Source: Neoechinorhynchus agilis | Taxonomy: Eukaryota > Animalia > Acanthocephala | Reading direction: 5' to 3' | Assembly: GCA_051530055.1 (NCBI GenBank) | Contig: CM121342.1 | Span: 16,135,480 to 16,199,479, forward strand | DNA length: 64,000 bases | Shown: piece by piece, positions 41,701 to 53,121 of the stretch | Layout: every line of letters begins with the position of its first letter | Numbering within the stretch: position 1 is the stretch's first letter | Notes under the pieces: model-generated | What the model saw: only the letters and a program-made list of their open reading frames with translations | Told to the model about the DNA's origin: nothing | Databases searched by the model: none | Translations under genes and position numbers: made by a program

Positions 41701-42040
41701 CCTTTCGATTTTGACGAGGTTTCATACCACAAACGATCGACTGGCTGTTCAAGAATCCATGAAGAAATTGTTGTTGGAATTGAAAACTCTACGAGAAGAG
41801 GTTGTCACCTTTGCATCCCTCCGTGCAATGTTTTCCGCTCGCTGTGATGAATATGTTAATGAGATCGATGATTTAAGGCAACAATTATCAGTTGCTCAAG
41901 AGGAAAACAAGACACTTAACTCTCTACTGCGTATGGCAATTCAACAAAAACTATCCCTTACTCAACGCTTGGAACTAATTGAGCTCCAAGAAGTTGATTC
42001 CAGCAGCGGAAGCAAGATTTTTTACCAACAACGACGATAG
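38722..42040 (+). CDS. BICD: Bicaudal-D dynein adaptor
   Basis: Coiled coils; C-terminal REQIAALKTVLEANKRTAEIALANLKSK and FASLRAMFSARCDEY...NKTLNSLLRMAIQQKLSLTQRLE. One clear GT-AG intron (about 39554-39875) and two inverted-repeat inserts. Confidence 0.9.
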
Positions 42041-42136
42041 ATTTTTCGTTGAGATAATTATGGAATGTATTAATATATTTAGTTTTTTGTTTTATACGAC
42101 AGCTCAACCCACCAATCATCCCACGTACGGTGCCGA

Positions 42137-43253
42137 TTAAACTCTTTCCTGTACAATTAGTGAAGGATTGAGAGCACAAACAAATAGTGCACAAATAAAT
42201 ACAAACAGTATACAGATCGCAAACGATGTACAACAAATGTACAAGAGAGTCATCGAGTAGAGCATCCTGTCACACCATTTCGATGGCTCGTGAAGGTCCG
42301 GAGTGAAATTGGGCTTGAATATGCGTAAAGTCCAATAATTTCCAGCCAGAAACCAGGCCAACAGGAACAGATTGAGTATTGGCGCCGTCACGTCGGTGCT
42401 CGTACTTTTTATCTCTTCGTGGTCGATTCCTTCCTGCTCCAATCGTTTTTGTCGCTCCTTGTGATACTTTTGCCAAATCAGTGTGAATATACGTAAAAAA
42501 CCAACTGATCCAGCTACCAAGAGGTAAATAGGGATCTTGGGTTCAAGCGGACATTCGTTCATATATTTGACGCCTTAAAAGAAACAAAAAGGGTTAAAGA
42601 AAGTAAAGGCTTGTTTTTAACAGAACGTTGACCGACAAACTCATCTATTCTGTCTTCCTAAAAGTGATTGGAGTGGTGCCATTCTCTCGCCTAGTTGCGC
42701 TGCAAAAATATTGGAACCCCAAAACCTCCACTGAGGTTCTTGTTTCCCGGGAAAATTTAGCTAGGAATCATCACAAGGTCAAGTACACATAATAAAAATA
42801 TTAAGACTTAAATTAAAGAAATAATCTTTTGAGCTAAATTGAAAAAACGACCGTGATATGACTTTTGACGACTGTGATTCTGATCGCCGTTAGTGCATTG
42901 ATTTTTATTAATTATCTAGCGTCTATGGCGAAACTGTTCATACCTGAGAAGAACATAACGATATGGAACACAGCTCCTACATAAAGGATAATGGTTATTC
43001 CAACTAAACTAAACGAGTGGGCGTGATTGATTATGAGTGTTTTAAAACATTTACCTGTATAGAACATGATACCGAAGGCTTTTCTCGCGAATTCAGCGAA
43101 GCTTTCTGAGTTGAGAATAGCTTCGCTTAATCGGCTAGATAATGATTGATAAGGGAGTGAATCAGCCTTAGTTTCGTCCTCGATCCAATTTGCAAGAGAT
43201 CCGCCGCTACCGTCGGCAGACGAAACGCCACAGATTGAGCCGCCACTTTTCAT
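42137..43253 (-). CDS. TMEM272-like multi-pass membrane protein, 3 exons
   Basis: G.KYMNECPLEPKIPIYLLVAG, LFLLAWFLAGNYW, WCDRMLY pattern; exons join via GT-AG introns. Confidence 0.7.
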
Positions 43254-43390
43254 AACATAGAAAAGTCTAGATTATGTCGTCTTATGAGTATTCGTGAATT
43301 GGCGGCCGTTTTCATCCAGATTCACAGTATTCACCAACATCTATAAATTGGCGGAGGGAGTTGAGTAAAAGGATCAATTGAGAAGGTCGT

Positions 43391-45073
43391 TTAATCGTCA
43401 AAAGAAATTAAAGGTTCGTCTCGGATGGTTTTAATGTTCTCCGTGGAATGCTCTTGCTTTTGTGGTGGTTGCGATAAACTGTTCTCGATTTTCACTGATG
43501 GTTGTAAAGCATTTAGAGGCTGCTCCGGCATTTCCTGATGATGGTAGACAGGATATCCGGTTTGGGGCTGGTATGTTTGCTGCTGCATTCGCCCATGCAG
43601 TTCCTGTTCTTGAAGTGCGAATTGTCTCAATTGGACCTCCTTTTGTAATCTCAAGCATTCTTGTTTCTTCATTCGCATTACCTCCAGTTTTTGATTCAAA
43701 GCAATTAACCGCTGATTCTCACGCTCTCGTGCTTCAAGTCGAATTCGCTCCTGGTGTTCATTGCGAAGGGCGTCGATTGCTTCACTCGCATCTTTTACGG
43801 ATGCGAGTTTGTCTTGAAGGCTCTCGTAGTAAGTTCGACAATCTTCTAAGTATTTCATAATCGATAATAGCTTTGGTGTCAATTGAGACAATATCACAAA
43901 CAATGATTGAACCGATGTGTCGTTAATCAGAAGACGGCCACGTCTTCTGTTACTCTCGAGACGGATATTAAACTTTTCAACATAATCAAGAACTTTGTTA
44001 ACTGTTTCCATTATCATCTCGTCTCGGGATGAAGGAGGCGGATTCGGCTTTGGTTCTTCAATAGATGGCATCGTAGAGATCGGAGGAGCTGATGGTAGAC
44101 ACGAAGAGACCGTCGATGGTGCCGATGTAACAGATACATCATCTATGGCCTTTTCGATCTCCTGAAACCTATCGTCAAGGGAAGGATAAGCCGATGGCTT
44201 TGACAGTGATGATGATGACGGTGCAGTTGATACCAAAATTTGTGATGATGATGGGCGACGTTTTAATCGTTCATCTTCCTCACTTTTAGATAATGCCAAA
44301 GCCAACTGAAGCTGCTCTTCTTCGTTCAACTCAGCGTGTGATACATTGTCTCTTTTAAGGCTCAAACTATCGTCGTTTTGCTTCTTAAAGAACTCTGGAT
44401 TTGTAATCTCCACGTGACAAGCATCACACACTCGCACTTCTTCATTGAATCCAAATTTTGGAAGCGGAAGTTTCTGAGATGAACATTTCTGACAGAAAAT
44501 ATCACCACAATTTCGGCAATGGTGTTTCCGATTGGTAAATGTGAACGCATCTCGACAAAGAAAACAAGAATCGCCATCTTTCCATTCCGGTGGAAGATCG
44601 GTTTCGTAAAATGCTGATACGTGTTGATTAACGTCGCCACTTGAAAATTTATAACCGTATATTTTAAGAGCTTCAAAGAGAGCAAGAATCGGTTTGCCAT
44701 CCTTGCTTTCACCGAAAGCAACAGTCCAATTATGAATTAGTTCGAGAGGTTTTTGGCGTGCCTCACTGGGCAATGAGAGAATGTAGTCACGAAGAAAGCA
44801 GACGAATTCCGGAGCGCAAATCTCTTTTTGCATTAAAGGAGCGCAATTTTTCACAAGAGACTCAAGACATTCTAATGCGAGATCCGAAGTGATGCGATTG
44901 TTTGAGCTCAGTGTTCGTTTGATCATTTGGAGGGCAGATTTAGGTGATACTTTTCCGTCTTTGACCATGTCACATAACTCAATGGCCGACGACCAGTCGA
45001 TTTCCGTTGAACTTGAACTCGTGCATTTTTCCAGAATCTTCTCGAATTTTTTGGTTTCAGATTGAAGAAACAT
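43391..45073 (-). CDS. HGS: Hepatocyte growth factor-regulated tyrosine kinase substrate (Hrs/Vps27), intronless
   Basis: VHS domain, FYVE (RKHHCRNCG...RVCDAC), UIM EEEQLQLALALS, PSAP, coiled coil, clathrin box LISFD; 560 aa ORF. Confidence 0.93.
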   Translation of the reverse strand: MFLQSETKKFEKILEKCTSSSSTEIDWSSAIELCDMVKDGKVSPKSALQMIKRTLSSNNRITSDLALECLESLVKNCAPLMQKEICAPEFVCFLRDYILSLPSEARQKPLELIHNWTVAFGESKDGKPILALFEALKIYGYKFSSGDVNQHVSAFYETDLPPEWKDGDSCFLCRDAFTFTNRKHHCRNCGDIFCQKCSSQKLPLPKFGFNEEVRVCDACHVEITNPEFFKKQNDDSLSLKRDNVSHAELNEEEQLQLALALSKSEEDERLKRRPSSSQILVSTAPSSSSLSKPSAYPSLDDRFQEIEKAIDDVSVTSAPSTVSSCLPSAPPISTMPSIEEPKPNPPPSSRDEMIMETVNKVLDYVEKFNIRLESNRRRGRLLINDTSVQSLFVILSQLTPKLLSIMKYLEDCRTYYESLQDKLASVKDASEAIDALRNEHQERIRLEARERENQRLIALNQKLEVMRMKKQECLRLQKEVQLRQFALQEQELHGRMQQQTYQPQTGYPVYHHQEMPEQPLNALQPSVKIENSLSQPPQKQEHSTENIKTIRDEPLISFDD

Positions 45074-47464
45074 CTAGAATCATTGAACACGGAAACTGAA
45101 AGCCAATCCGAGCACAGATAAGACGACTTAACATTGAAAATCAGTTCTTAAGAAGCCGAAACGCTGCGAGACTCCTATAAGAATTCCGGGATCGATAATG
45201 TGAAGGTTTAAAGGCAACTCTGGTTTTGCTTTAAAAACACTTGCTCTAACTCTGCAATCATGGAGATTGTACGTGGTAGCGATGGTAGTTGAAACTCAGT
45301 CGCTGCCTATAGGAACGTAAAACTTGATTTCGTTAATACATGAAAAATGTAAGCCTACAGGATCTAAGAAGGTGAAAAACACGCAGAAACGGTTTTTCTA
45401 AACGTCAGAAATTAAATGCCTTGAGAGAAAAAATAACGATCACTTCTGTCGGAATATGCGCTGCATAATTTGAGTAAATGAAGTTGTGGAAAGACGTCGA
45501 AGGAGATCACTTGGCGTCTCCCTGGGTGCTAATTTGTCGTTAAAATAAACCATGATTCTATGACCACAACAAAGTGTGGAATATATAAGACAAAGGCAGA
45601 GCAAAAAGTAGTGCAGTGAAGACAATAAAACGAGAAATGGCAATAAACGCACTGGTGTGAATCTATCGCGATATTGAATTAGAATCGGATGACATTGAAA
45701 GTGTAAACTGCCTCAGTTCAAATCGCGCTTGAAGATATTACGTGACGGATTTATCTAAAAGTTGCATTGTCGCGAGCAGCAACAACAAAAGTATGTAATC
45801 CTAAAACAGTATAAGACAACTACATTGAAGCGAAGACAAGGATCATTAGAATTGTTTCAACTATGGAGGATTTAAAGGCCGTGAAGCGATTTCGGTATAG
45901 TCCGTCGCAAATTAGATCTGGTAAAGATTGCGGATAAAACGCCACACAAACAGTAGAAAAGTTAAAAACTCAAATCGACGTGACAGTGAACAAAAGATGA
46001 AACCGATACAGCCCTATTGGTCGTTCATAACCGATTTATAATAGAGAAGCTTGTAGGTGCCAATGTGGATAAGCTTTAAAGTAGGCTAAACAAAGAGAGA
46101 GCATAACGATTTTTGTAGTTGCCGGACTTTGCGTGAGGAGGAGAACTCAAGAGTATTGAAAGCAACGAAAAGTGTTCCGCTATAAAAACAAAGAAAAACC
46201 TCTCATGACTCTGCGCAAAGTCGTTTGCGTTGAAAATGCGGATAAACAATAAGAACAGTTTTTTGTTAAATGAAAAGTCTCAAAATGAGACGACTACGTT
46301 CTGAAGCGTTAGAAGACGAGAACAGAATTTGAAGTGATGATGTACATTTTGCGATTTGAAAAGATTTAACAAAAAATGAAGGTCAAACAAGTACGTGTTT
46401 AAAAGCCAGCTTTGAAGAGTTTATAAAAAGTGGCGTTTCCAAATCCGATGGGACGACTCACACTAAGGAAATTCCGCTTCTCATTAAAATGTACCAACTT
46501 TACGTACGGTTAATGAGTATTTTGCGCAGACCAGCGTTTCTCTGAGGCCAGATCGGCCACGGTAAGCTATGTTGTAGCCAACAAACGAACCGTCTAACTG
46601 AAATAAAAAAATATGGATGCTTCTGAACGTTTAAAAACTTTCTTCTTCAGCCTTTGTACCGTTTGGATGCGGGGTCAGCTACTTTTGATAGTGTCCGCCA
46701 TTTTATTCGATCAGAACGTTTAAAAATCTTGCTTACTCGAATTGTATTCTGTTAAACCTTCCACACATTGTACCTGAGGTTTAATTTAGTCGTTGAACCC
46801 GACGAAACGCAATTGTTTCTTCCAGAAAAACTCCATAAGATCAAGGAACACGGAGGTGTTCGTTGCTAGTAGAAATTTCTCGTCAAACGCCTAGAGATTT
46901 GTGATCACTTTTAACACATTTGGGATGCTGTAAGATCGTGGGTTTTGCTGCTGCGTTTTTGCTCTTTCAGTCTATAATTTGCCTTTGGAAGTTAGATCCG
47001 GTTTTTGCCGTTAAATCGGCCTTTAAATGTAAATTTTCTCCTGTTTGGTTGATTACTTTCTCATTTAGTCCGTTCTCGAAATGTGTATCATTTCGTCCGT
47101 GCTTCGGAAACGTCTAAGTGACGATTAAACGTTTGGAACTCAATCGGGTTTGAAAAATTGAATGAAGTGTTTAAAAGAGAGAGTATCGTGGGTGGGGAGA
47201 ATTTTAAACAATGCGCTCAAATATGTAATTTTAATGCTTGAAAATGTTTTTTTCCTCAGTATTCCTTTAATGTGTGTGACCAAAGACGCATTCTTTGTGG
47301 TTGCTCGGTTGAGTCGGAAATCGTTTTATATGTAGCTGAAGACTGGTGATGAGGCTGGAAAGCAATAAGTTTGCCATTGATACTCGTTTTCCCGTTTTAA
47401 TCATAATTTAAACTACTTTTGCTTCAAGACTGCCTTTAGACCGAATCGGATTTTTTCTAAGATA

Positions 47465-48049
47465 ATGTCGCCTGGAATTTTCCGGAGAAACACACCAAAG
47501 GTCTTGGTGGTTATTGCTGATGGGTCGGAGGAGATAGAGTCCGTGGTAACAATCGACGTTCTCAGACGCGCCGAACTTGACGTGACTGTTGCTGGATTGA
47601 CTGATGAGCTCAGAGAAATCAAGTGCAGCCGAGGAGTTATTCTTAAACCGGATGCAACTCTTATTGATGTCCAGAAACGTGCATTCGATGCAATCGTGAT
47701 GCCTGGAGGCCTCGGAGGTGTTGAAATATTCTTGAAAAATGCACTTCTTAAGAGTCTTCTCAAATCTGCAGTCGAGGACGGGACGATTATTGCCGCAATC
47801 TGTGCAGCGCCACTTGCTTTGCATAAATTTGGCATAATGGCAGGAAAGACCATAACTTCGCATCCTAGTATTCGAAAAGACCTGGACTCTTCTTTTAATT
47901 ATAAGGATGATTCTGACGTCGTTTGTGATGGAAATCTGATTACGAGCAGAGGCCCAGGAACCAGCTTTCAATTTGCCTTAGCCATCGTCGAGAAGCTTTT
48001 ATCTAAAGACAAGGCGGACGAACTTAAAGCTCCAATGTGCCTAAAGTAA
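47465..48049 (+). CDS. PARK7: DJ-1/PARK7 deglycase, intronless
   Basis: GSEEIE, DVLRRA, FDAIVMPGG, AAICAAP (catalytic Cys), TSRGPGT. Confidence 0.93.
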   Translation: MSPGIFRRNTPKVLVVIADGSEEIESVVTIDVLRRAELDVTVAGLTDELREIKCSRGVILKPDATLIDVQKRAFDAIVMPGGLGGVEIFLKNALLKSLLKSAVEDGTIIAAICAAPLALHKFGIMAGKTITSHPSIRKDLDSSFNYKDDSDVVCDGNLITSRGPGTSFQFALAIVEKLLSKDKADELKAPMCLK

Positions 48050-48224
48050 GATTTAACCATTGATTGATAGACTTTAGAGTGATATGAATTGATTTTTTGA
48101 TACTTTATTTGAAAATCATGTGCCAAATGTGCCGCCCTACTTCTTAAATATCTGTTTAATGCGTCGACCCACTCGCCAAGAGTAAACAAAGCGTCGCAAA
48201 ACGAAAATCGATGGACATTATTTT

Positions 48225-48314
48225 GTATAATTTTGGTGAAAATACTCCCGGTAATAGTATATTTGATTTATTGGAAATATACTATTACCGGGAGTATTTT
48301 CACCAAAATTATAC
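48225..48314. repeat. Perfect 40-bp hairpin derived from the foldback family
   Basis: 48225-48264 is the exact reverse complement of 48275-48314; 10-nt loop. Confidence 0.9.
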
Positions 48315-49762
48315 TTTGATTAACCCGAAGGGTTTTCTATCGATGGCACTATTTTGTGCTGATTGGGGTCGATAACTGTGGTGCATCCGGTAATTCTCCT
48401 CAAAAAAATATGAGAAGAGATAATTCGTCGCTTAATACAAAAACCCAGGAGACCTAAAAAGAAAAACCTATCTCATGCAAAGTATAAGCCTAGCCATCCA
48501 AAAAAGCAACGCGATATCGTGAACTAAGAAAATAAATGATAAAATGAAAATATTTAAGATCAGAAAAAATCATTGTGATTTGTGATGGCCCACTTGTTAA
48601 AATCCTTGTCGCATCACTAAAATATAAAAAAAGAATATTGATCCGTAAAACTTAATTCAAACTCTTCTTGTGTTTTCTTCGAAAGCTTATGAATCCCAAT
48701 TCGGACTTTATTGGGACTTGAAGAATGAAATGAGCATAATTTTGATTTTGCTGACATTACCTTTAATGGGATAATGATAAAAGGAGATGAGACTTGTTTA
48801 TTTGACTTAATTGCTTTTTGTTTGAGGTATTCTTCCCATTTTTAATCACAACATGATTTTCCTATCATGACTATTTCATATTGCGAATGGGTACTTCTGT
48901 CCTTTTAGTAGTGACATTCTAATATAGTTCCGGCAAAGCACAAGATTGTCATCTTCACCAAGGCATCCTTATGCTTTAATCAAACTTTTGAACTTAGTCG
49001 TCTTCATTTAACCTGTCGAAGCCATGTTAAAGTAAATCGGCGTACCATATCACTTATTTCTATAATCTACAAATAGATCCGCGCATCGATCACTGAGTGT
49101 GTGATAATCACGCTTCCTAGATGTAGTTTAGGAGAAAATGATGCAGCTTTTTTCCATGCTTAGCTCAAATTAACGAGAATTGTGACGGTGATGTGAACAA
49201 GCGAACTTGTAATGAGTCTTATAATGCGATTTTAAGGTGTTTAGATAATGATATTCACGAGAAAAAGATTCTTAGATGATGCACAATGGTTACAAACACT
49301 AAGATATGACGCCAACCAAATACGTTGTTCATAGTTTAAACTTATCCAACTTCAGTCGATTTATCTTGCTTAATTTTACATTCTTTCCATCGATCACATT
49401 CTAAACCCCTGAACCCAAAGGCCTCAAAAATCTTACATTGTCCTAAGATCTCATCGGACGCAGCAAGTGATTATCAACGTTAAGAGAAGTTAAATGAAGG
49501 TCTCTATTTTTTTGGCACGAGCCGAGGAATCTCTATTTATAATAATTACTCTCACCACTTTTGCAGGCATTTACTAACATTCACGCCATCGCTCCGGATC
49601 ACTCAGCTTCCGTCCTGGGGGCGGATAAAAAAGCGTGTCTTTGTTCCTTCTTATTGATCGAAAATGGTAATATCGCTAAAATAACCGTGTTTTTTAAGAC
49701 ACGCAAACTCGCTAGTAGAAATAAGCTCTTTACAATCGTTTTACAAAACCTTTACAGCTCTA

Positions 49763-50922
49763 TTACTTCTGTTCGTGTTCTGCATTCTTTTTTGCGTTAA
49801 TAATGTCGAAATCAGGGATTATCCTCAATTCGCTTTCATCTTTTGGAACGATCCAACTCTCGTATCCCGCATCCAAAGCGTCAGGAAAATCGGATTCTAA
49901 AAGCGGAATGAAATCTTTTGTTTCCACTGTTGGAATCTCAATCTTTGAGCGTGCTCGTCTGACCAAGCGCTTGTCTTCTCCTTTGTATTTGTGGACAAAT
50001 TCACATTCGCTTCCTTTTTCACAGCGACCAAAATCAGAAAACGCCTGACAGTTCTGATATGGCCTAATCAAACTCTTATGGTGACCATACATGCAGTTAG
50101 GATTGGTGCATTTGCAAGAAGATATTGAATAAACACAAGTGGGAATTCGCTCCAAGTCCAATGAATGCTCCAGTGTACATCCGGAACATTCCCTGTTGTT
50201 CAAAAATCTCGGACACAGCCGAACACTCGATTTGTCGTGCTGGTACTTGCATCTACTGAACGAACAAACATCCACAAAAAATGACAGTACACGACTTTTT
50301 CAATCTTACGTTAAGAGAATCAAGAAAATAAATTAAATCTTTCCAATGTAACGAAAAAAAAATTCGTCTGAAAAAGTTTATCGGTTTTCCGTTCAACAAA
50401 GAGCAGATTATGTGGCAAAGAATAAAAAGATTCAATCCTAATTATTCTGTTGAATTTTATTTGGAAAATTCAAGATACTGCATTTTAATTGAATGCACCA
50501 ACGAAAATTCAGCTTACGTAATTGGCCGCAGTAAGCCAATCAGGATTCAGGAATTTCAATTACACAAAAAAGATCATTTGGTGTACTGATGTTTTTGTCG
50601 ATGTATAATTCGTTCTTCGACAACCGTTTACGCAGCATCCACGTCTAATGAACATTTGGCAATTAATTGTTTTCCGTCTGATTTTATAGCGCTGGTGAAT
50701 ACCCGATGAAGGCGCGCCGCAGTCGTACAGGCTGCTCGCCGAGCGCTTCAAGCTCTCCCGCTGCTTGTTATTGTTCAATGAAGCGATCGCAGACTTGGAA
50801 GTGCGGTCAATTTTGTACCGAGATATTTGCCCATCTCTACTATACGTGTTCAAGCAAAATCGATGTTCGGATCGATCACGAAAGTGAGTTTGGTGAAAGG
50901 ATGGCTGAAATCGATATGTCAT
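49763..50922 (-). CDS. ZC3H3-like tandem CCCH zinc-finger protein (264 aa), split by a non-canonical insert
   Basis: After removing 50253-50617 the first finger reads C-QMFIRRGC-C-VNGCR-C-KYQ-H followed by DKSSVRLCPRFL, as in ZC3H3-type arrays. Confidence 0.72.
50253..50617 (-). other. 365-nt TIR-bearing insert inside a CCCH finger (candidate AA..AG intron)
   Basis: About 35-bp TIR GAACGAATTATACATCGACAAAAACATCAGTACAC vs GAACGAACAAACATCCACAAAAATGACAGTACAC; degenerate flanking repeat TGTCGAA/AGTAGAT. Confidence 0.75.
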
Positions 50923-51359
50923 CTACAAAAATTGATACGATCTAAAACGCAATCCCATTCAAGTAAACGCGATAAAAGCGTTGCGAGGGATACATATTTG
51001 AATGCATGTATGTTTCTTCCGTATATAAACACGGAAGAATTGTGGAAAACTGCGTTTGTTTTTGCGCTTGTTTTTATATTTGTTTAGGGTGTTGATTCTA
51101 TCGTTGTAAATATTGATTTTCCCCGGCTGGAATCGATTTTCTACTGGGGATTACAAAGTACGAGGGACCTACACTTTCGATCGCACCTTTAGCGGACGCA
51201 TAGATGGTCCTACAATTTTATTTGCATGTGACGGTGGGGAAAAATTATATATATTTAAATATTTCGTCGAATTGTACTGGACTTCTTTAGTCAAGTATCT
51301 AATATTCCAGTAGATACTGCTATAGCTTTCGATCACTGAACCAAATTTTCGAACTTCCC

Positions 51360-52370
51360 ATTTGAGGGAATGGATTTTAATCAGGTGAATGGTGTAGCGA
51401 TGGGCAGCCCTCTAGCACCGGTGCTTGCGGAGTTCTACATGCGGCAGTGGGAAGAGAAATACCTACTCACAATTCCTGGAGTCTCATTGTGGGTCCGATA
51501 TGTGGACGACACATTTATTCTCCTTGATCGTTCTGCCTATGCCTCCATGCACCTGCAGAACTACCTCAACACTAACGATCCACACATTCAATGGTCGACG
51601 GATGTCGAGACTGACGGTAGATTCAGTTTCCTTGATGTTGCGATAGAGCGTGTTGGTGGAGATGGGTATGTGACTAAGGTGTATCGAAGATTCGATGTTC
51701 CACATGGCATGGTTCATGGATCTCCTATCAACCACGATAATATAAGATCTCCAGGGTTAGATCATTGGTACAACGATCGTTTGCTAATTGCAGCTCGAGT
51801 ACTGACCTCGAACATGAACTGGATTTTATCTTGGATTTATCAGGACAAAAGGGTTATCAGTTGAATCTGGTTAGGAAGGTGATCAGGAGCGCTAGATTTG
51901 AAAGGCCGACAGTCGTGACATTTCGGATAAGGACCGTGTGTTTCTGGAGTTGCGCTTTATTGACGATTCATCCTATCAGAGTTTATCCAGGATCCTATTG
52001 GCAGGCCGCCGGAGCAAATGTACGCTCAACTATTCAAAACGATGGAATTACCTGATCTGTCTGAGCATTCGTGAAAGCCCAAGTGGTGCGGAAACAGGAC
52101 ACGAACTCCGCTGTGGTTTCCCACTCTCTGAATACGGGCCACATGATAAATATGAACGACGCATTTGTGTTGGTACGCAATGACCATAAGGTTGAGCGTG
52201 TTATTTTCGAGGCCATGTTCATTCAGGGAGCCAGTACTTTCGAGGGTAACAAGACAGATTATTTGCTAAAGTTGGGGATACCTCCGGATAAGACAATGAG
52301 GTTGCCAAATTAATTTTTAGATAATTGACTGAAGAAGTCCAGCATGACTGGACGAAATATTTCAATTAAA
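51360..52370 (+). mobile_element. 5'-truncated Penelope-like retroelement (RT + GIY-YIG-associated C-terminus), frameshifted
   Basis: GVAMGSPLAP, WVRYVDDTF, FSFLDV, VYRR; C-terminal SAVVSH...TGH...FEAMFI; hammerhead core in the 3' UTR. Confidence 0.88.
52322..52368 (+). ncRNA. Putative minimal type I hammerhead ribozyme at the Penelope 3' end
   Basis: Stem I TAATTGA/TCAATTA (7 bp), CTGAAGA, extra A, stem II GTCCAG/CTGGAC, GAAA, palindromic A-TA-T helix III, cleavage triplet AUU. Confidence 0.7.
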
Positions 52371-52416
52371 GTGCCACCGCCGACGACATGATGCCGCCTC
52401 CACCACCGACGACATC

Positions 52417-52990
52417 GATGCCCCCGAAACTACTTTATAAACTGCGCACAGCTTTCTTCTTCAAGCACGTCGATAAGTTAAAGAAGCTCGATGACATTGT
52501 GAAGGCGTGTCTCGAGCACTTTTTAAATATCCAGCTATCAGACGAGGCCTGGTGACAAGCTTCATCGCCTTTATCGTCCGGTGGCTTGGGTATTGTGTCG
52601 GGATCTGGTAAAACCTATATTGAGACCCATGTTCTGTTTAGCGGACGAATTTCTAGTTGCGGTCCAGGAATGGTGGGAGAAGACGGGTTACAACCAAGTT
52701 CCCGTGAATGGCCTAAAGCAGTCTATCTGGGATAAGCTTTTAGTCGCCCGAGCTCATAGTTAGGTCTCACGTTTTTGCACCCTTTGGAGTAGAGACTCTT
52801 AGTGCGCTCGGTAGCTCGGCACTTAGATTTACGAAGGAGTTATCGAGTAGACTCCAGGCCAAGACAGGAAATACAAGAGGTGGTGCCTTCGAACGCCAAA
52901 ACATTGGTCTCGCGATCCAGAGAGGAAACGCAGCGAGTGTGGTTGCGACCACTGAGGGGAGAGCGACGCCTCTTCTTCGTGGACGGTGGT
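52417..52990 (+). mobile_element. Internally deleted, degenerate CRE-clade fragment
   Basis: PKLLYKLRTA..., FLNIQLSDEAW*QAS..GGLG, VPVNGLKQSIWDKLLVA and degenerate GVET..LGSSAL. Confidence 0.75.
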
Positions 52991-53121
52991 GATTGTTTAA
53001 ACATTTTTTGTTGTTGTGTGTAACAAAAAGTGTAATAAAATAAACTCCCGCAATATTAAAAAAATTTTGTTTGGTATAAATTTTTCCCCACCGTCACATA
53101 CTCATGGAATTTATCTTCAAT

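Noticed and set aside
43462-43860. ORFs antisense or overlapping HGS, DJ-1, POU4 and BicD
   Set aside because: Shadow ORFs of real coding sequence with no independent motifs.
47599-47620. CTGATGA...GAAA in DJ-1 coding sequence as a hammerhead
   Set aside because: No stem II or stem I pairing; chance match.
51113-51313. YTFDRTFSG...TILFA resembling a kinesin motor fragment
   Set aside because: Spacing does not fit and no P-loop follows.
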